Positions 40,195 through 52,165 of a stretch of DNA of 64,000 bases are shown here, one piece after another. The stretch covers positions 1,366,001-1,430,000 of the forward strand of contig CM075995.1 in assembly GCA_038087875.1 (NCBI GenBank), written 5' to 3'. The notes beneath the pieces were generated by a model. That model did no database searches, had not been told where the DNA came from, and worked only from the letters and a program-made list of their open reading frames with translations. The translations under genes were made by a program, and so were the position numbers. Every line of letters starts with the position of its first letter. Position 1 is the stretch's first letter. Source of the DNA: Malacoraja senta. Taxonomy: Eukaryota.

Positions 40195-40678
40195 ATTTAG
40201 TTTAGTTTAGAGATACAGCGTGGAAAGAGGCCCTTCGGCCTGCCGGGTCCGCGCCGACCAGCGATCCCCGCACATTAACACTATCCTACACCCACTAGGG
40301 ACAATTGTTTATATTTACCAAGCCAATTAACCTACAAACCTGCACGTCTTTGGAGTGTGGGAGGATACCGAAGATCTCGGAGAAAACCCACGCAGATCAC
40401 AGGGAGAACGTACAAAATCCGTACAGACAGCACCTGTAGTTGGGATCGAACCCGGGTCTCCGGCGCTGCATTCGCTGTGAGGCAGCAACTCTACCGCTGC
40501 GCCACCGTTTCCTCCCACACTTCAAAGACGTACGGGCTTGTAGGTTAATTGGCTTTGGTAAAAGTGTAAATTGTCCCAAATGTGTAGGATAGTGGTAGTG
40601 TACATCGGTGGTCGTCGTGGACCCAATGGGCCGAAGGGCCTGTTTCCGTGCTATATCTCTAAAGTAAACTAAAGTAAA
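40195..40678. mobile_element. Full minus-strand V-SINE fused to a plus-strand 3' half
   Basis: Junction ...GCCACCGTTTCCTCCCACAC at about 40507. Confidence 0.85.
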
Positions 40679-42697
40679 GGTCCCCTGGAGGAGCTGGTGA
40701 GGATATCCTGGTCCATTATCTGCTCAACGTCTCTTTGTTGATCTGTTTTGTGCAACTTGGCTACTGTATAACCTACAACTCTAACTGCACTGAAAAAACA
40801 CTTCAAAGGCAATGAAGTGCCACTGTCTCCTGAGCTCCTGAAAGGCTCTTCCTTTCAACTTCATTTATTTGTCTTTGTTTCTTATCCTTTAACAACCTGC
40901 AGCTAGGTGTGAGTGGTGACTGCAGGAAGAAAGATACACAAGGTGTTGTTAAATAATGTGGTCCTAACTGGAAGGTAATTCTCTTGTTTATTATACATCT
41001 GCTTCAGCTGGAAGTCTTTCATGACATTTCGCACATTCATATTTATATAAATTGTGAGGCAAATTGTATATCAATAGTACATAGAAGATAGTTCCTAAGT
41101 TGGAGGAGCAGAATTAGGCCATTCGGCCCATCTGGTGTACTCTGCCATTCAATCATGGCTGATCTTAAAGATAGTGGAGTCAGGGGATATGGGGCGAAGG
41201 CAGGAACGGGGTACTGATTGGGGATGATCAGCCATGATCACATTGAATGGCGGTGCTGGCTCGAAGGGCTGAATGGCCTACTCCTGCACCTATTGTCTAT
41301 TGTCTATTGTCTATTGTCTATCTTCCCCTCTCAACCCCATTCTCCTGCCTTCTCCCCGTAACCCCTGACACCCGTACTAATCAAGAATCTATCAATCTCC
41401 AGCTTAAAAATATCCATTCACTTGGCCTCCACAGCCTTCTGTGGCAATGAATTCCACATTCACCACCACCCTCTGACTAAAGAAATTCCTCCTCATCTCC
41501 TTTCTAAAGGTACGTCCTTTTATTCTGAGGCTGTGACCTCTGGTCCTAGACTCTCCCACTAGTGGAAACATCCTCTCCGCATCCCCACTGTCCAGGTCTG
41601 TGCAAGATAACTGTACCTCGGCCGGCAGAGTGGCACGGCTGGTAGTGCTGCTGCCTCACAAGGTCAGAGACCCTGGTTCGATCCTGACCTCGGGCCCTGT
41701 CTGTGTGGCGTTTGCGTGTTCTCCCTGTGACCACGGCTGCTTCCTTAGGGTGCTCCAGTTTCCTCCCACATCCCGGGTTTGTCAGCCATGTGGCCTGTGT
41801 AAATTTCCCCAAGTGTGTAGTGAGTGGGCGAGAAAGTGTGAACTGGTGATGGATGGTCAGCATGGACTAGGTGGGCCGAAGAGCCTGTTTCCACGCTGTA
41901 TTTTCAATCAAATTGCAGAATCTTGCACGCTAGGTGTCCTATGAAGTGGAAGACTCTTTGGTTTCAAAGAACAAAATTAAACTTTGTACCTAGTGTATCA
42001 AAACTGCAAAGATAGACACAAATTTCTGGAGTAACACAGCAGGTCAGGCGGCATCTCTGGAGAAAAGGAATGGGTGACGTTTCGGGTCGAGACCTTTCTT
42101 CAGACTGCAGACATATCAAAACTGCAATATGTGTAACTAACATTCGTTAAAATGCGCTGGCTTGATAATGGTTAATGTTTTAAACAGTTAATTCAAAGCA
42201 TGTTTGCCATGTTTGATTAGTACGGGTGTCAGGGGTTATGGGGAGAAGGCAGGAGAATGGGGTTAGGAGGGAGAGATAGATCAGCCACGATTGAATGGCG
42301 GAGTAGACTTGATGGGCCGAGTGGCCTAATTCTGCTCCTATCACTTATGACCTTATGACCATAAGGGGTTGTCACATGACAGGAAGTTGCTTGGTCAGAT
42401 GTGTGAAAGGAGAATTTACCATTGACAAAGGGAGCTTGTTGGACTGGAAGGAGAAGTTGTTCTCAGGATATTAACAAAACCAAAAACCACCACTGTAACA
42501 ACAACACCAACACTAACACCAATAAGTAATTTGTCCTTGCCAGGGATGTGGAGCAGCACAAGATATGTGAGTGCATTGTTCCGTTTTCTTTTGCAAACTA
42601 TTTATTTTCTGGATTAATAGGGTAGACTTTGCCTCAAACTACAGTCTTACCAGAGTGTTTTTATTGGACTTTTATTTGTTTTCGACTCACTCTATAC

Positions 42698-43608
42698 TCA
42701 TGACTGCGTAGCCGGACATAGTGCGAACTCCATCATCAAGTTCATCGATGACACCACTGTTGTGAGACGAATCACAGATGGTGATGAGTCAGAGTATAGA
42801 AGTGAGATCGAGCGATTGACCAAATGGTGCCAGCACAATAACCTGACTCTCAACACCAGCAAAACCAAGGAACTGATTGTGGACTTTGGAAGGGGTAGGA
42901 TAGGGACCCACAATCCCGTTTATATCAACAGGACGATGGTGGAAAGGGTCAATAACGTCAAATTCCTGGGAGTGCGTATTTCCGAATATCTTTCCTGGTC
43001 CCAGCACACTGATGCAATTATCAGGCGCCTCTACTTCCTGAGAAGATTACGGAGAGTCGGTTTGTCAAGGAGGACTCTCTCGAACTTCTACAGGTGCACA
43101 GTAGAGAGCATGCTGACTGGTTGCATCGTGGCTTGGTTCGGCAACTTGAACGTCCAGGAGCGGAAAATAATGCAGAAAGTTGTGACCACTGCCCAGTCCA
43201 TTTTCGGCTCTGACCTCCCCACCATCGAAGTGATCTATCGCAGTCGCTGCCTCAAAAAGGCAGCCCACATCATCAAAGACCCACCCCATCTTGGCCACAC
43301 ACTCATCTCTCCGCTACCATCGGGAAGAAGGTACAGGAGCCTGAAATCTGTAACATCCAGGTTCAGGAACAGCTACTTCCCCACAGCCATCAGGCTATTA
43401 AACATGACATCAAATAAGCTCTGAACAATAACAGTCTATTATTACTATTGCACTTTATCTGTTTATTTATCGTGTATATATGGTCTATGGTTTATAAACA
43501 CACTGAACTTTTATCTCCCGTTCTGTATTATGTTTACATATTCTGTTGTGCTGCAGCAAGTAAGAATTTCATTGTCCTATCTGGGACACATGACAATAAA
43601 CTCTCTTG
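42698..43608 (+). mobile_element. Rex1/Babar LINE 3' fragment
   Basis: KFIDDTTV, NTSKTKELIVDF, ESMLTGCIVAWFG, RFRNSYFPTAIRLLN; tail GACAATAAAC. Confidence 0.9.
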
Positions 43609-44112
43609 CGTCTTGGACTATGGACAGGCTTGGAGGGATATTGACCAAACGCAGGCAGGTGGGACTAGTGTAGATGGGACATGTTGGTCGGTGTGGGCAA
43701 GTTGGGCCGAAGGGCCTGATTTCAACTCTATGACCTTATGACTATGACTATTGAAGCTTCATACACCTTTTGACAGGAACCGCAATAATCTGACTGGGTA
43801 CTGTTTACTTCCATTTTGTACACAGTCTGTTGTTACCAAGTGTGTAATAAAACAACTTTCTTGCATATATAAATTTGATCAGCACCATATTGTAATAAAC
43901 CGATATTCTTATTCGTAACACTTGGATGATGCAATAGACAATAGACAATAGACAATAGACAATAAGTGCAGGAGTAGGCCATTTGGCCCTTCGAGCCAGC
44001 ACCGCCATTCAATGTGATCATGGCTGATCATCCCCAATCAGTACCCCGTTCCTGCCTTCTCCCCATATCCCCTGACCCCGGTATTTTTAAGAGCCCTATC
44101 TAGCTCTCTCTT

Positions 44113-44328
44113 TGTAGATGGTTTATGCATGCAACCAATAATATAGCTACCTCAGTACCACTAACCACGCCTTAGTTATCAAGTATAAGAACTCTATCTC
44201 CCGTGTGCTCCTCCCTTGGTTCCAGCATGATGATAGACTGGGTGCAGTCAGTGCTGGAAAGTGTTTAACCTGTCTTATTATTAAACGTTAAGTAAAGCTA
44301 CAAGTGAGTCAGACTCAGCTCCTTTACA
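44113..44328 (+). repeat. 5' LTR of Gypsy element
   Basis: TGTAGATG...CCTTTACA; TATAA at 44184; ATTAAA at about 44280; 213/216 identical to the 3' LTR. Confidence 0.97.
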
Positions 44329-44342
44329 TGGCGTTAGCAAGT
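44329..44342 (+). other. Putative primer-binding site (tRNA not assigned)
   Basis: TGGCGTTAGCAAGT directly after the 5' LTR terminal CA; TGG is complementary to the tRNA 3' CCA. Confidence 0.65.
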
Positions 44343-44420
44343 TTAAACGCGCGCCTCCTGTATATCGTGTTTTTTTTTCTTTACAAGTGTTGCTTTATCG
44401 GAGTTTTGTGACTTTTGGCC

Positions 44421-44935
44421 ATGGCATCCTCGTGCCGCAAACCCTCGCCCCTGGTCTTTGATGCTGACATAGCTGAACGCTGGGCGACTTTTGAAATGGA
44501 CTTCACTCATTACATCAATATCGTGCATCACAACGATCCCGATATTGTGAAAGCTTCTCTCCTACTGAACCTTGCGGGTCCAGATGCCATGAGGAGAGCG
44601 CGAGCCTTTGCCTATGATCCCGAGGTCCGGGATGGGAACGACCTGATTCAGGTACCTGCGGAGTCTGCAAACGACCCAGTATGTCTATTGCGAAAATTTG
44701 CCAAAATTTGCGACTTGCCCTCTAACCGTATTTTAGAGCGAGCAAAGTTTTTCACGAGAAAGCAACAGCCCGACGAACCTGTTGAATGCTTTATTGCAGA
44801 TCTGCGTTATCTCGCGCAGCGATGCCGCTTTGAAAACATGACCAGCTAACCAGGGACATTTTAGTGACAGGTATGCTGGATCAGAAACTGTGATCCGAGC
44901 TACTGAGGAGGCCGGATCTTACCCTGACAGACGCA
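44421..44935 (+). pseudogene. gag: Gag N-terminal (capsid-like) part of a disrupted gag-pol ORF
   Basis: ATG at 44421; motif ERAKFFTRKQQPDEPVECFIADLRYLAQRCRF. After a frameshift near 44842 the reading continues QLTRDILVTGMLDQKL*SELL in the pol frame, with TGA at 44891. Confidence 0.85.
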
Positions 44936-47900
44936 ATGCATGCATGCAGGTTGGCTGAAATCGTTGACCCGTTGTTCGGACAAAGGGGCACTGATGGCCG
45001 ATCGGTCAATTTAACTGGTCTCAACAGACCACGTCCCAAAATAGATAACGCTAGACCCGCGCCGCGGGCAGGTTATGGCCCCGGAGGACGGGTGGTTAAA
45101 AGGTGCCCTAATTGTAACTATATACATTCAATGCAATCGCAGTGTCCGGCTTATGGTAAATCATGCAATTTCTGCAAGAGATTGAATCACTTCTCGGCGG
45201 TTTGCCGTTCTCGTGGGAACCTGCCACCTGGTCCTAGACAAGTATTAAACAACCTAGCACAAGTTGATAGCGATTTTGGTTCCCAGTCCTCGCTCGACAC
45301 TGCCCACGACTCTGAGGCAATTAGTTCTCAAGGAGATGCTAGTATATTTACACTCCTACATGCACCTGCTCGCCTCCCCGATCCATTGGTCCTCGTTACC
45401 GTCAACAACTGTCCGTTCACAGCTAAACTCGACACGGGGGCGAAAGTCAATGTTATGTCAAGAAACCTGTTCCGAAAGATTAGACACAATGAACCACTGA
45501 CTTCAGACCGTTCGACCTTACGTGCCTATGGGGGCGAGGTACTGAAACCTGTGGGAAAGGCAACTTTTAAATGTGTGCTGCAGAAGTCATCGCGGCCCCT
45601 CGTGTTTTATGTTCTGGATTCTGATTGTGTGACTCTGTTGGGCAACCAGGCGTGCCAAGACCTGGGACTAGTGTCTTTCGATCGTACTGTCCACGAAATA
45701 CGTTTGCCAATGGATCCGTTATCCGAGTACCCGGACCTGTTTGATGATGAACTGGGCAAACTGCCCCTTGTCTACAAGATTGTCACCGACCCCAAAGTGG
45801 TGCCAGTGGTCTGTGCACCACACAGAGTATCCCTCGCTTTAAAGGATAGAGTGGAAGCGATGCTGAAGAGCATGGTTACAATGGGGGTGCTGGAAGCAGT
45901 GAGCGAGCCCACCGAGTGGGTCTCCACCATGGTTGCTACCCTGAAAAAGGACAAAAACGAGATACGGGTGTGTATCAACCCCAAAGACCTGAACCTCGCG
46001 ATCAGGCGGCCACACTACCCCATGAGAACCGTAGAGGACGTCGCAGCTCAGGTCGGCCAGGCTACGGTGTTTTCTGTCCTTGATGCAAAAAGCTCTTTCT
46101 GGCAAATACCACTCGATAAGCGCTCCTCCGACCTGACAACTTTTTCCACTCCTTATGGCAGATTTAAGTTTCTACGGATGCCATTCGGTATCAACTCTGC
46201 CAGTGAAGTGTTTCAGCGATCCATGGAACAGCTGTTCGCTGACATGCCTTGCGCCATCATCGTTGACGACATCCTAGTTTATGGGGAGAATGCCGCCGAA
46301 CACGATAAGAACCTCCGCAGAGTCCTGGACCGTGCCCGGCAGATCAACTTAAAACTGAACAAGAATAAATGCCGGTTCCGTGTCTCAGAGGTGCCGTACG
46401 TCGGGCACATCTTCACTTCCAATGGACTGAAACCTGACCCGCAAAAGACTATCGCTATATCCGAAATGCCAGCCCCAACTGACGTGCTTGGTCTACAACG
46501 ATTCCTGGGCATGGTCAACTACCTCGGGAAGTTTGTACCGAATCTCAGTGAGCTGAGCTCATCCCTGAGACAACTAACTAAGAAAGGCACCGCCTGGTCC
46601 TGGTTTCCACAACACCAGCAGGCTTTCGAATGTCTGAAGTCTAAGCTGATCAGCACCCCAACACTCAAATTCTTCGACCTGCGCCGTCCCATTGTTGTGA
46701 CCTGTGATGCCTCTCGTTTCGGACTGGGTGCTGCTTGCCTGCAGCTCTACGGCGACGGCTCCCTGCTACCGGTCTCGTATGCCTCTCGGACCATGACCGA
46801 CACGGAGCAACGATATGCTCAGATCGAGAAGGAGCTCCTGGCTGTGGTGTTTGCTTGTTCCAAATTCAAAGACTTTCTCTTTGGCTGTAGATTCACAGTC
46901 GAGACCGACCACCAGCCACTGGTAACCATTCTTAACAAACCCATACATGTTGCCCCTGCCAGATTACAATGTATGATGCTGCAGCTCCAGCGTTGTGATT
47001 TTGATATCACATACAAGAAGGGAACGGAGATGCATGTTGCTGACACACTTTCTCGTGCCCCACGGGCATCCTGTGACCGCCACCCTTACGAGCAGGAAAA
47101 CCTACTCGTACTTAATGTCACCTTTGTTCCAACCAAGCAGCTACAGAGCCTGATCGAGCACACCGCCGCGGACCCCGCACTGCAGCAGCTGGCTGCCATC
47201 ATCAGGCGTGGGTGGCCAGTCAAACGTACCAATTTACCATCGGGCGCACAACCGTTCTTCCTGGTCCGCGACGAGCTCGTGATCCAGGATGGGGTTATCG
47301 TCAAAGGCCACAAAGTTGTGGTCCCAGCCTCTCTCTACGATCTATACTACAATGCAGCCCACAGTGGTCATCCTGGAGTCGAGGCCACTGTTTCTCATGC
47401 CCAAGGACAGTTCTACTGGCCTGGCATGGCCAACTACATCAGGAACCGGGTGTCCTCCTGTGCCTCCTGCAACAACCATACCCCACACCAGCAGCGTCAA
47501 CCCCTTCTGCAGCAGCCGGCGCCTGCCATGCCTTGGTCATCGCTGGCTGCTGACATATTCGAATGGCGGGGTAAGCACTTTCTCGTGCTGGTGGACTCTT
47601 TCTCCAATTGGTTCGAGATTGACCTCCTTCCGTCCACCACCTCCGGGAGGGTCATCGCTAAGATGCGTCAGCACTTCGCCGCCCACGGCGTCCCTGTCCG
47701 CTTACAGACCGACAATGGACCGCAATTCACAAGTGCCGAGTTCAAAGCTTTCGCTGCAAGGTGGAACTTCCATCACTACACCAGCAGCCCGGAGTACCCT
47801 CAGAGAAACGGCCTGGCCGAACGGGCCGTGCGGAGTGCTAAGGGCCTGATGGAGCAGTCCCGCCTGTCAGACAGCGATTTTTACCTGGACTTACTTAACC

Positions 47901-48553
47901 TACGTAACGTTTCACGGGACCCGCTTATGGGCTCCCCTGCCCAACGTCTGATGTCCAGAGTGACAAGACCACCTATGCCAATCGCCCAGCAGTCCCTGCT
48001 ACCCAAAGTGTTCGATCCTGCCACTGTCCAACAGCGGATCGATCATAAACATGAAGTTCAACGGCGTTCCCACGACAGGTCCTGCCGCCCTCTGCTGCCT
48101 CTGCTACCCGGGCAGGTCGTTCGGATGCGGGCCACCACCGGCTATTCCCGCCTCGCGACGGTAACTGCCGTGGACGACTCTCCAAGATCTTACCTGGTGG
48201 ATTACGAAGGGACTACCTACCGACACAGCCGTCAGCACCTGTTGGCCGTGAACGAGCCAAAGCCTCCTCCTGCGGCTCCTTATGCTCCTCCGTTGTCGTT
48301 TCCACCTGCTGCCGCTGATCACCCTGCTGCCCCATTCCCCTCGCTTAGTGCGGTCTCCTGTTTTTCGTTGCCTCCTGGTCTTGGCCGGTCGCTTTCACCT
48401 CCTGCACGTCCTGCACGTCCTCCCCCTCCTATCTCTCCCGCTCCTGCTGCATCTCCCCCTCCCTTGACTTTCCTGCCTGCCTCCGTTACGGCTTCTCTTC
48501 CTTCTGAGGGGGGGGGAAGGTGCTGTACGTACGCGTTCGGGTCGCATTGTTAA
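44936..48553 (+). CDS. pol: Gypsy Gag C-terminus plus Pol: zinc knuckles, aspartic protease, RT, RNase H, integrase
   Basis: CNFCKRLNHFSAVC (CCHC knuckle); LDTGA protease; RMPFGI and IIVDDILVY RT motifs; CDASRFGLGA, EKELLA and TDHQPL RNase H motifs; HSGH...CASC and D-D-E (ADIF, TDNGPQF, AERAV) integrase motifs. Confidence 0.95.
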   Translation: MHACRLAEIVDPLFGQRGTDGRSVNLTGLNRPRPKIDNARPAPRAGYGPGGRVVKRCPNCNYIHSMQSQCPAYGKSCNFCKRLNHFSAVCRSRGNLPPGPRQVLNNLAQVDSDFGSQSSLDTAHDSEAISSQGDASIFTLLHAPARLPDPLVLVTVNNCPFTAKLDTGAKVNVMSRNLFRKIRHNEPLTSDRSTLRAYGGEVLKPVGKATFKCVLQKSSRPLVFYVLDSDCVTLLGNQACQDLGLVSFDRTVHEIRLPMDPLSEYPDLFDDELGKLPLVYKIVTDPKVVPVVCAPHRVSLALKDRVEAMLKSMVTMGVLEAVSEPTEWVSTMVATLKKDKNEIRVCINPKDLNLAIRRPHYPMRTVEDVAAQVGQATVFSVLDAKSSFWQIPLDKRSSDLTTFSTPYGRFKFLRMPFGINSASEVFQRSMEQLFADMPCAIIVDDILVYGENAAEHDKNLRRVLDRARQINLKLNKNKCRFRVSEVPYVGHIFTSNGLKPDPQKTIAISEMPAPTDVLGLQRFLGMVNYLGKFVPNLSELSSSLRQLTKKGTAWSWFPQHQQAFECLKSKLISTPTLKFFDLRRPIVVTCDASRFGLGAACLQLYGDGSLLPVSYASRTMTDTEQRYAQIEKELLAVVFACSKFKDFLFGCRFTVETDHQPLVTILNKPIHVAPARLQCMMLQLQRCDFDITYKKGTEMHVADTLSRAPRASCDRHPYEQENLLVLNVTFVPTKQLQSLIEHTAADPALQQLAAIIRRGWPVKRTNLPSGAQPFFLVRDELVIQDGVIVKGHKVVVPASLYDLYYNAAHSGHPGVEATVSHAQGQFYWPGMANYIRNRVSSCASCNNHTPHQQRQPLLQQPAPAMPWSSLAADIFEWRGKHFLVLVDSFSNWFEIDLLPSTTSGRVIAKMRQHFAAHGVPVRLQTDNGPQFTSAEFKAFAARWNFHHYTSSPEYPQRNGLAERAVRSAKGLMEQSRLSDSDFYLDLLNLRNVSRDPLMGSPAQRLMSRVTRPPMPIAQQSLLPKVFDPATVQQRIDHKHEVQRRSHDRSCRPLLPLLPGQVVRMRATTGYSRLATVTAVDDSPRSYLVDYEGTTYRHSRQHLLAVNEPKPPPAAPYAPPLSFPPAAADHPAAPFPSLSAVSCFSLPPGLGRSLSPPARPARPPPPISPAPAASPPPLTFLPASVTASLPSEGGGRCCTYAFGSHC

Positions 48554-48641
48554 GCCGCCTGTCCGTTACGGCGACTTTGTCTAACTTTGCACGGTTATTG
48601 TAATAACACTATCCTGATTGCCTCCATGTGCATTTGATTGT

Positions 48642-48652
48642 AAGGGGAAGGA
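48642..48652 (+). other. Polypurine tract
   Basis: AAGGGGAAGGA abutting the 3' LTR. Confidence 0.85.
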
Positions 48653-48868
48653 TGTAGATGGTTTATGCATGCAACCGATAATATAGCTACCTCAGTACCA
48701 CTAACCACGCCTTAGTTATCAAGTATAAGAACTCTATCTCCCGTGTGCTCCTCCCTTGGTTCCAGCATGATGACAGACTGGGTGCAGTCAGTGCTGGAAA
48801 GTGTTTAACCTGTCTTATTATTAAACGTTAAGTAAAGCTACAAGTGAGTCAGACTCAACTCCTTTACA
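48653..48868 (+). repeat. 3' LTR of Gypsy element
   Basis: Direct repeat of 44113-44328 with 3 transitions; immediately preceded by the purine tract AAGGGGAAGGA. Confidence 0.97.
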
Positions 48869-49937
48869 CTCTTGAAAGCAAGAGAATGCAAATAGATTAA
48901 GATATTCATTTGATCTTCCTCACAGACATACTGTATAGAGAGTCATAGAGTCTTACAGCATGGATCAGGCCCTTCAGCCCAACTTGCTCACTAGTGTAGA
49001 TGGGACATATTGCTCACACCAGCCGATATGTCCCATCTACACTAGTCCCATCTGCCTGCATTTGGCCCATATCCCTCTAAACCGGTCCTATCCATGTACC
49101 TGTCTAACTGTTTCTTAAACGTTGCAATAATCCATGCCTCAACTCCCTTCCCCGGCAGTTTGTTCTATACACTGACCATCTTTTCTGTCAAAAGCTTACC
49201 CCACATGTTCCTATTAAATCTTTCTGTCCTCACCTCATCTTCTCGACAGGTACATGGACAAACCGAAGGTGAGCTATTTACAAACATTACAGGAATCGTA
49301 GCCTTTAATCAACGGTAGCTGATGATGTGTTAACAACTTAACAATAGACACCACCACGTTAAGGGCAGCACGCTGCTCACAGCGCCAGGGACCCGGGTTC
49401 GATCCCGACTATGGGTGCTGTCTGTACGGAGTTTGTATATTCTCCCCATAACCCGCCTGGGTTTTCTCCGAGATCTTCTGTTTCCTCCCACACTCCAAAG
49501 ACGTGCAGGTTTTTAGGTTGGTGTCATTGTAAATTGTCCCTAGTGTGTGTAAGACGGTGTTAATGTGCGGGGAATCGCTGGTCGGCGCAGGCTCGTTGGG
49601 CCGAAGGGCCTGTTTCCACGCTGTATCTCTAAAACGAAACTAAAATGAAGCATATCAACTTAATGTATTTACACTGCCATCATTCTCTTAATTGAATTCC
49701 AGTGTTTTCAGACATCGAACGGGTCGGTTGGGGAATATGATTCAAGTGTGTTTCCATCTTGCAAGGTGCAAAATGTGCATCATTGTGTTGGGTAGGGATC
49801 GTGGGAGTCAGTGAGTAATAATCGCTGAATTGAAATGTCTGTTTGAAAAATGAAAGGATATGTAAGGTAAGAGGAGGTGATTCATCTACTGCGTGTGTGT
49901 CCACTGTTTGAAGTGAACACATTTTAAATTGTTTATT

Positions 49938-50277
49938 AACACAAAATGCTGGAGTAACTCAGCGGGACAGACAGCATCTCTGGAGGGAAGGAATGGGTAA
50001 CGTTTCGGGTCGAGCCCCTTCTTCAGACTGGTTTGGGATAAGGGAAACGAGAGATATAGATGGTGATGTAGAGAGATAAAGAACAATGAATGAAAGATAT
50101 GCAAAAAATGTAACGATGATAATAAGGAAACAGGCCATTTGTTAGCTGTTTGTTGGGTGAAAACGAGAAGCTAGTGCGACTGGGGTGGGGGGTTGGGATA
50201 GAGAGAGACAGGGGATGCCGGGGCTACCTGAAGTGAGATAAAAATCGATATTCATACCTCTGGGCTGTAAGCTGCCT
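49938..50277 (-). mobile_element. Penelope-like element 3' end with hammerhead motif
   Basis: Minus strand LGSLQPRGMNIDF at about 50240-50277, then 3' UTR and CTGAAGAAGGGGCTCGACCCGAAACGTTAC (49997-50029). Confidence 0.8.
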
Positions 50278-50711
50278 AAATGTTTTCTCTTTCATGGGAT
50301 CTTTGAGGACTTGCCACGTCAATCTCAAATTGACCGAACGACAGTGTCAAAATTAATACAACAGGGGGGCCATGTGGAGCCGAAGATAAACGCACGATGC
50401 TGGAGTAACTCAGCAGGTCAGGCAGCATTTCTGGAGAGAAGGAACAGGTGACGTTTCGGGTCAAGACCCTTGATCAGACTTCATCTGCCACCTGGACCGT
50501 GCAATGGACCCCAGCTTTACACCTGGACCAGGCAATGGATCCCAACTCCATTCTGCGACGGACCCACACATTCCTGGCGATAGAGGCGAAGTTTAAAGGG
50601 GAACTGCTGGGCAAGTGGGCTTGGATGGAGTGGAAGTGCAGAGGATGTTTCCACTGGTGGGAGAGTCTAGGTCCATAGGCCATAGTCCTCAGAATAAAAG
50701 GACGTCCCTTC

Positions 50712-51033
50712 AGGGCGGCACGGTGGCGCAGCGGTAGAGTTGCTGCCTTGCAGCGCTTACAGCGCCAGAGACCCCGGTTCGATCCTGACTACGGGTGTCT
50801 TGTCTGTACAGAGTTTGTACCCACTCCCTGTGACCGCGTGGGTTTAATCCGAGATCTTCGGTTTCCTCCCACACTCCAAAGACCTACAGGTTTGTAGATT
50901 AATTGGGTTAGGTATAAAATGTAAATTGTCCCTCGTGTAGGATAGTGTTAATATGCGGGGATCACTGGTTGGTGCGGATTCGGTGGGCCGAAGGGCCTGT
51001 TTCCATGCTGTATCTCTAAAGTTAACTAAACTA
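50712..51033 (+). mobile_element. V-SINE (HE1-like)
   Basis: A/B boxes, core, tail. Confidence 0.88.
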
Positions 51034-51619
51034 AGGCGATGAGGGTGGTGAATCTGAGGAATTCATTGCCACAGATGGATGTGGAGGCCGTTGACATATT
51101 TTTAAGGCAGAGATAGATAGATTCTTGATTGGTACGGGTGTCAGGGGTTATGGGGAGAAGGCAGGAGAGTGGGGTTAGGAGGGAGAAATAGATCAGCTGT
51201 GATTGAATGGCAGAGTAGACGATGGGCTGAATGGCCTGATTCTGCTCCTGTCACTTATGAACTCATTCAACAAATGCTTCCTTGCCTCGCCCAAGGATCA
51301 CAAGCTTGCTCTCTTCCAGCCCGGTCCCTCCACCAACTCTCCTCGCCCAGGGCTCCTCTGCTTGATTCGCCCGCCCCTAAAATGGACTCTCAGTCCGATG
51401 AAGGGTCTCGACCCGAGACGTCACCTATTCCTTTTTCTCCAGAGTTGCCGCCTGACCCGCTGAGTTACTCCAGCACTTTATGTAAGCTCACATAAACACC
51501 TCTATAAGATCATCCCTCATCCTCCTACGCTCCAAGGATTAGACTCTCAGCTTGCTCAACTTCTCCCTATAGCACAGGCCCTCGAGACCTGGCTACATCC
51601 TTGTAAACCTTCTCTGCAC

Positions 51620-52165
51620 TCGAGCGCCCAGGAGCGTAAAAGACTGCAAAAAGTTGTGACCACTACCCAGTCCATCATCGGCTCCGACCTCCCCACCATC
51701 GAGGGGATCTATCGCAGTCGCTGCCTCAAAAAGGCTGGCAGCATCATCAAAGACCCACACCATCCTGGCCACTCACTCATCTCTCCACTGCCTTCAGGTA
51801 GAAGGTACAGGAGCCTGAAATCTGCAACATCCAGGTTCAGGAATAGCTACTCCCCCACAGCCATCAGACTATTAAACTCAACTCAAACAAAAATCTGAAC
51901 TTTAATGCGCAATGCGATAGACGATATGACGCGCATGCGTGCTGGTGGGGTCTTCTCGTAGTCACTCACGTGACTCCGAAGTAAAATAACCAATTGCACT
52001 TTATCTGCTTATTTATGTGTGTATATATATATATTCATTGGTATATGGTCACACTGATCTGTTCTGTATTTATCTATGCCTACAATATTCTGTTGTGCTG
52101 AAGCAAAGCAAGAATTTCATTGTCTTATCTGGGACACATGACAATAAACAGTCTTGAATCTTGAA
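51620..52165 (+). mobile_element. Rex1/Babar LINE 3' fragment
   Basis: HPGHSLISPLPSGRRYRS...AIRLLN and 3' UTR. Confidence 0.85.

Larger units (their letters stand above)
44113..48868 (+). mobile_element. Full-length Ty3/Gypsy LTR retrotransposon (Mag-like), inserted into the 3' end of a minus-strand CR1 copy
   Basis: Two 216-bp TG...CA LTRs; 5-bp TSD CTCTT at 44108-44112 and 48869-48873; TGG-starting PBS-like site at 44329; PPT at 48642-48652; gag-PR-RT-RH-IN order. Host CR1 sequence (tagctctctctt|gaaagca) resumes after the element. Confidence 0.97.

Noticed and set aside
44220..44262. Hammerhead, SECIS or box C/D snoRNA in the LTR hairpin (ATGATGA...GAAA)
   Set aside because: No CUGA core or D box, and spacing does not fit any of these classes.
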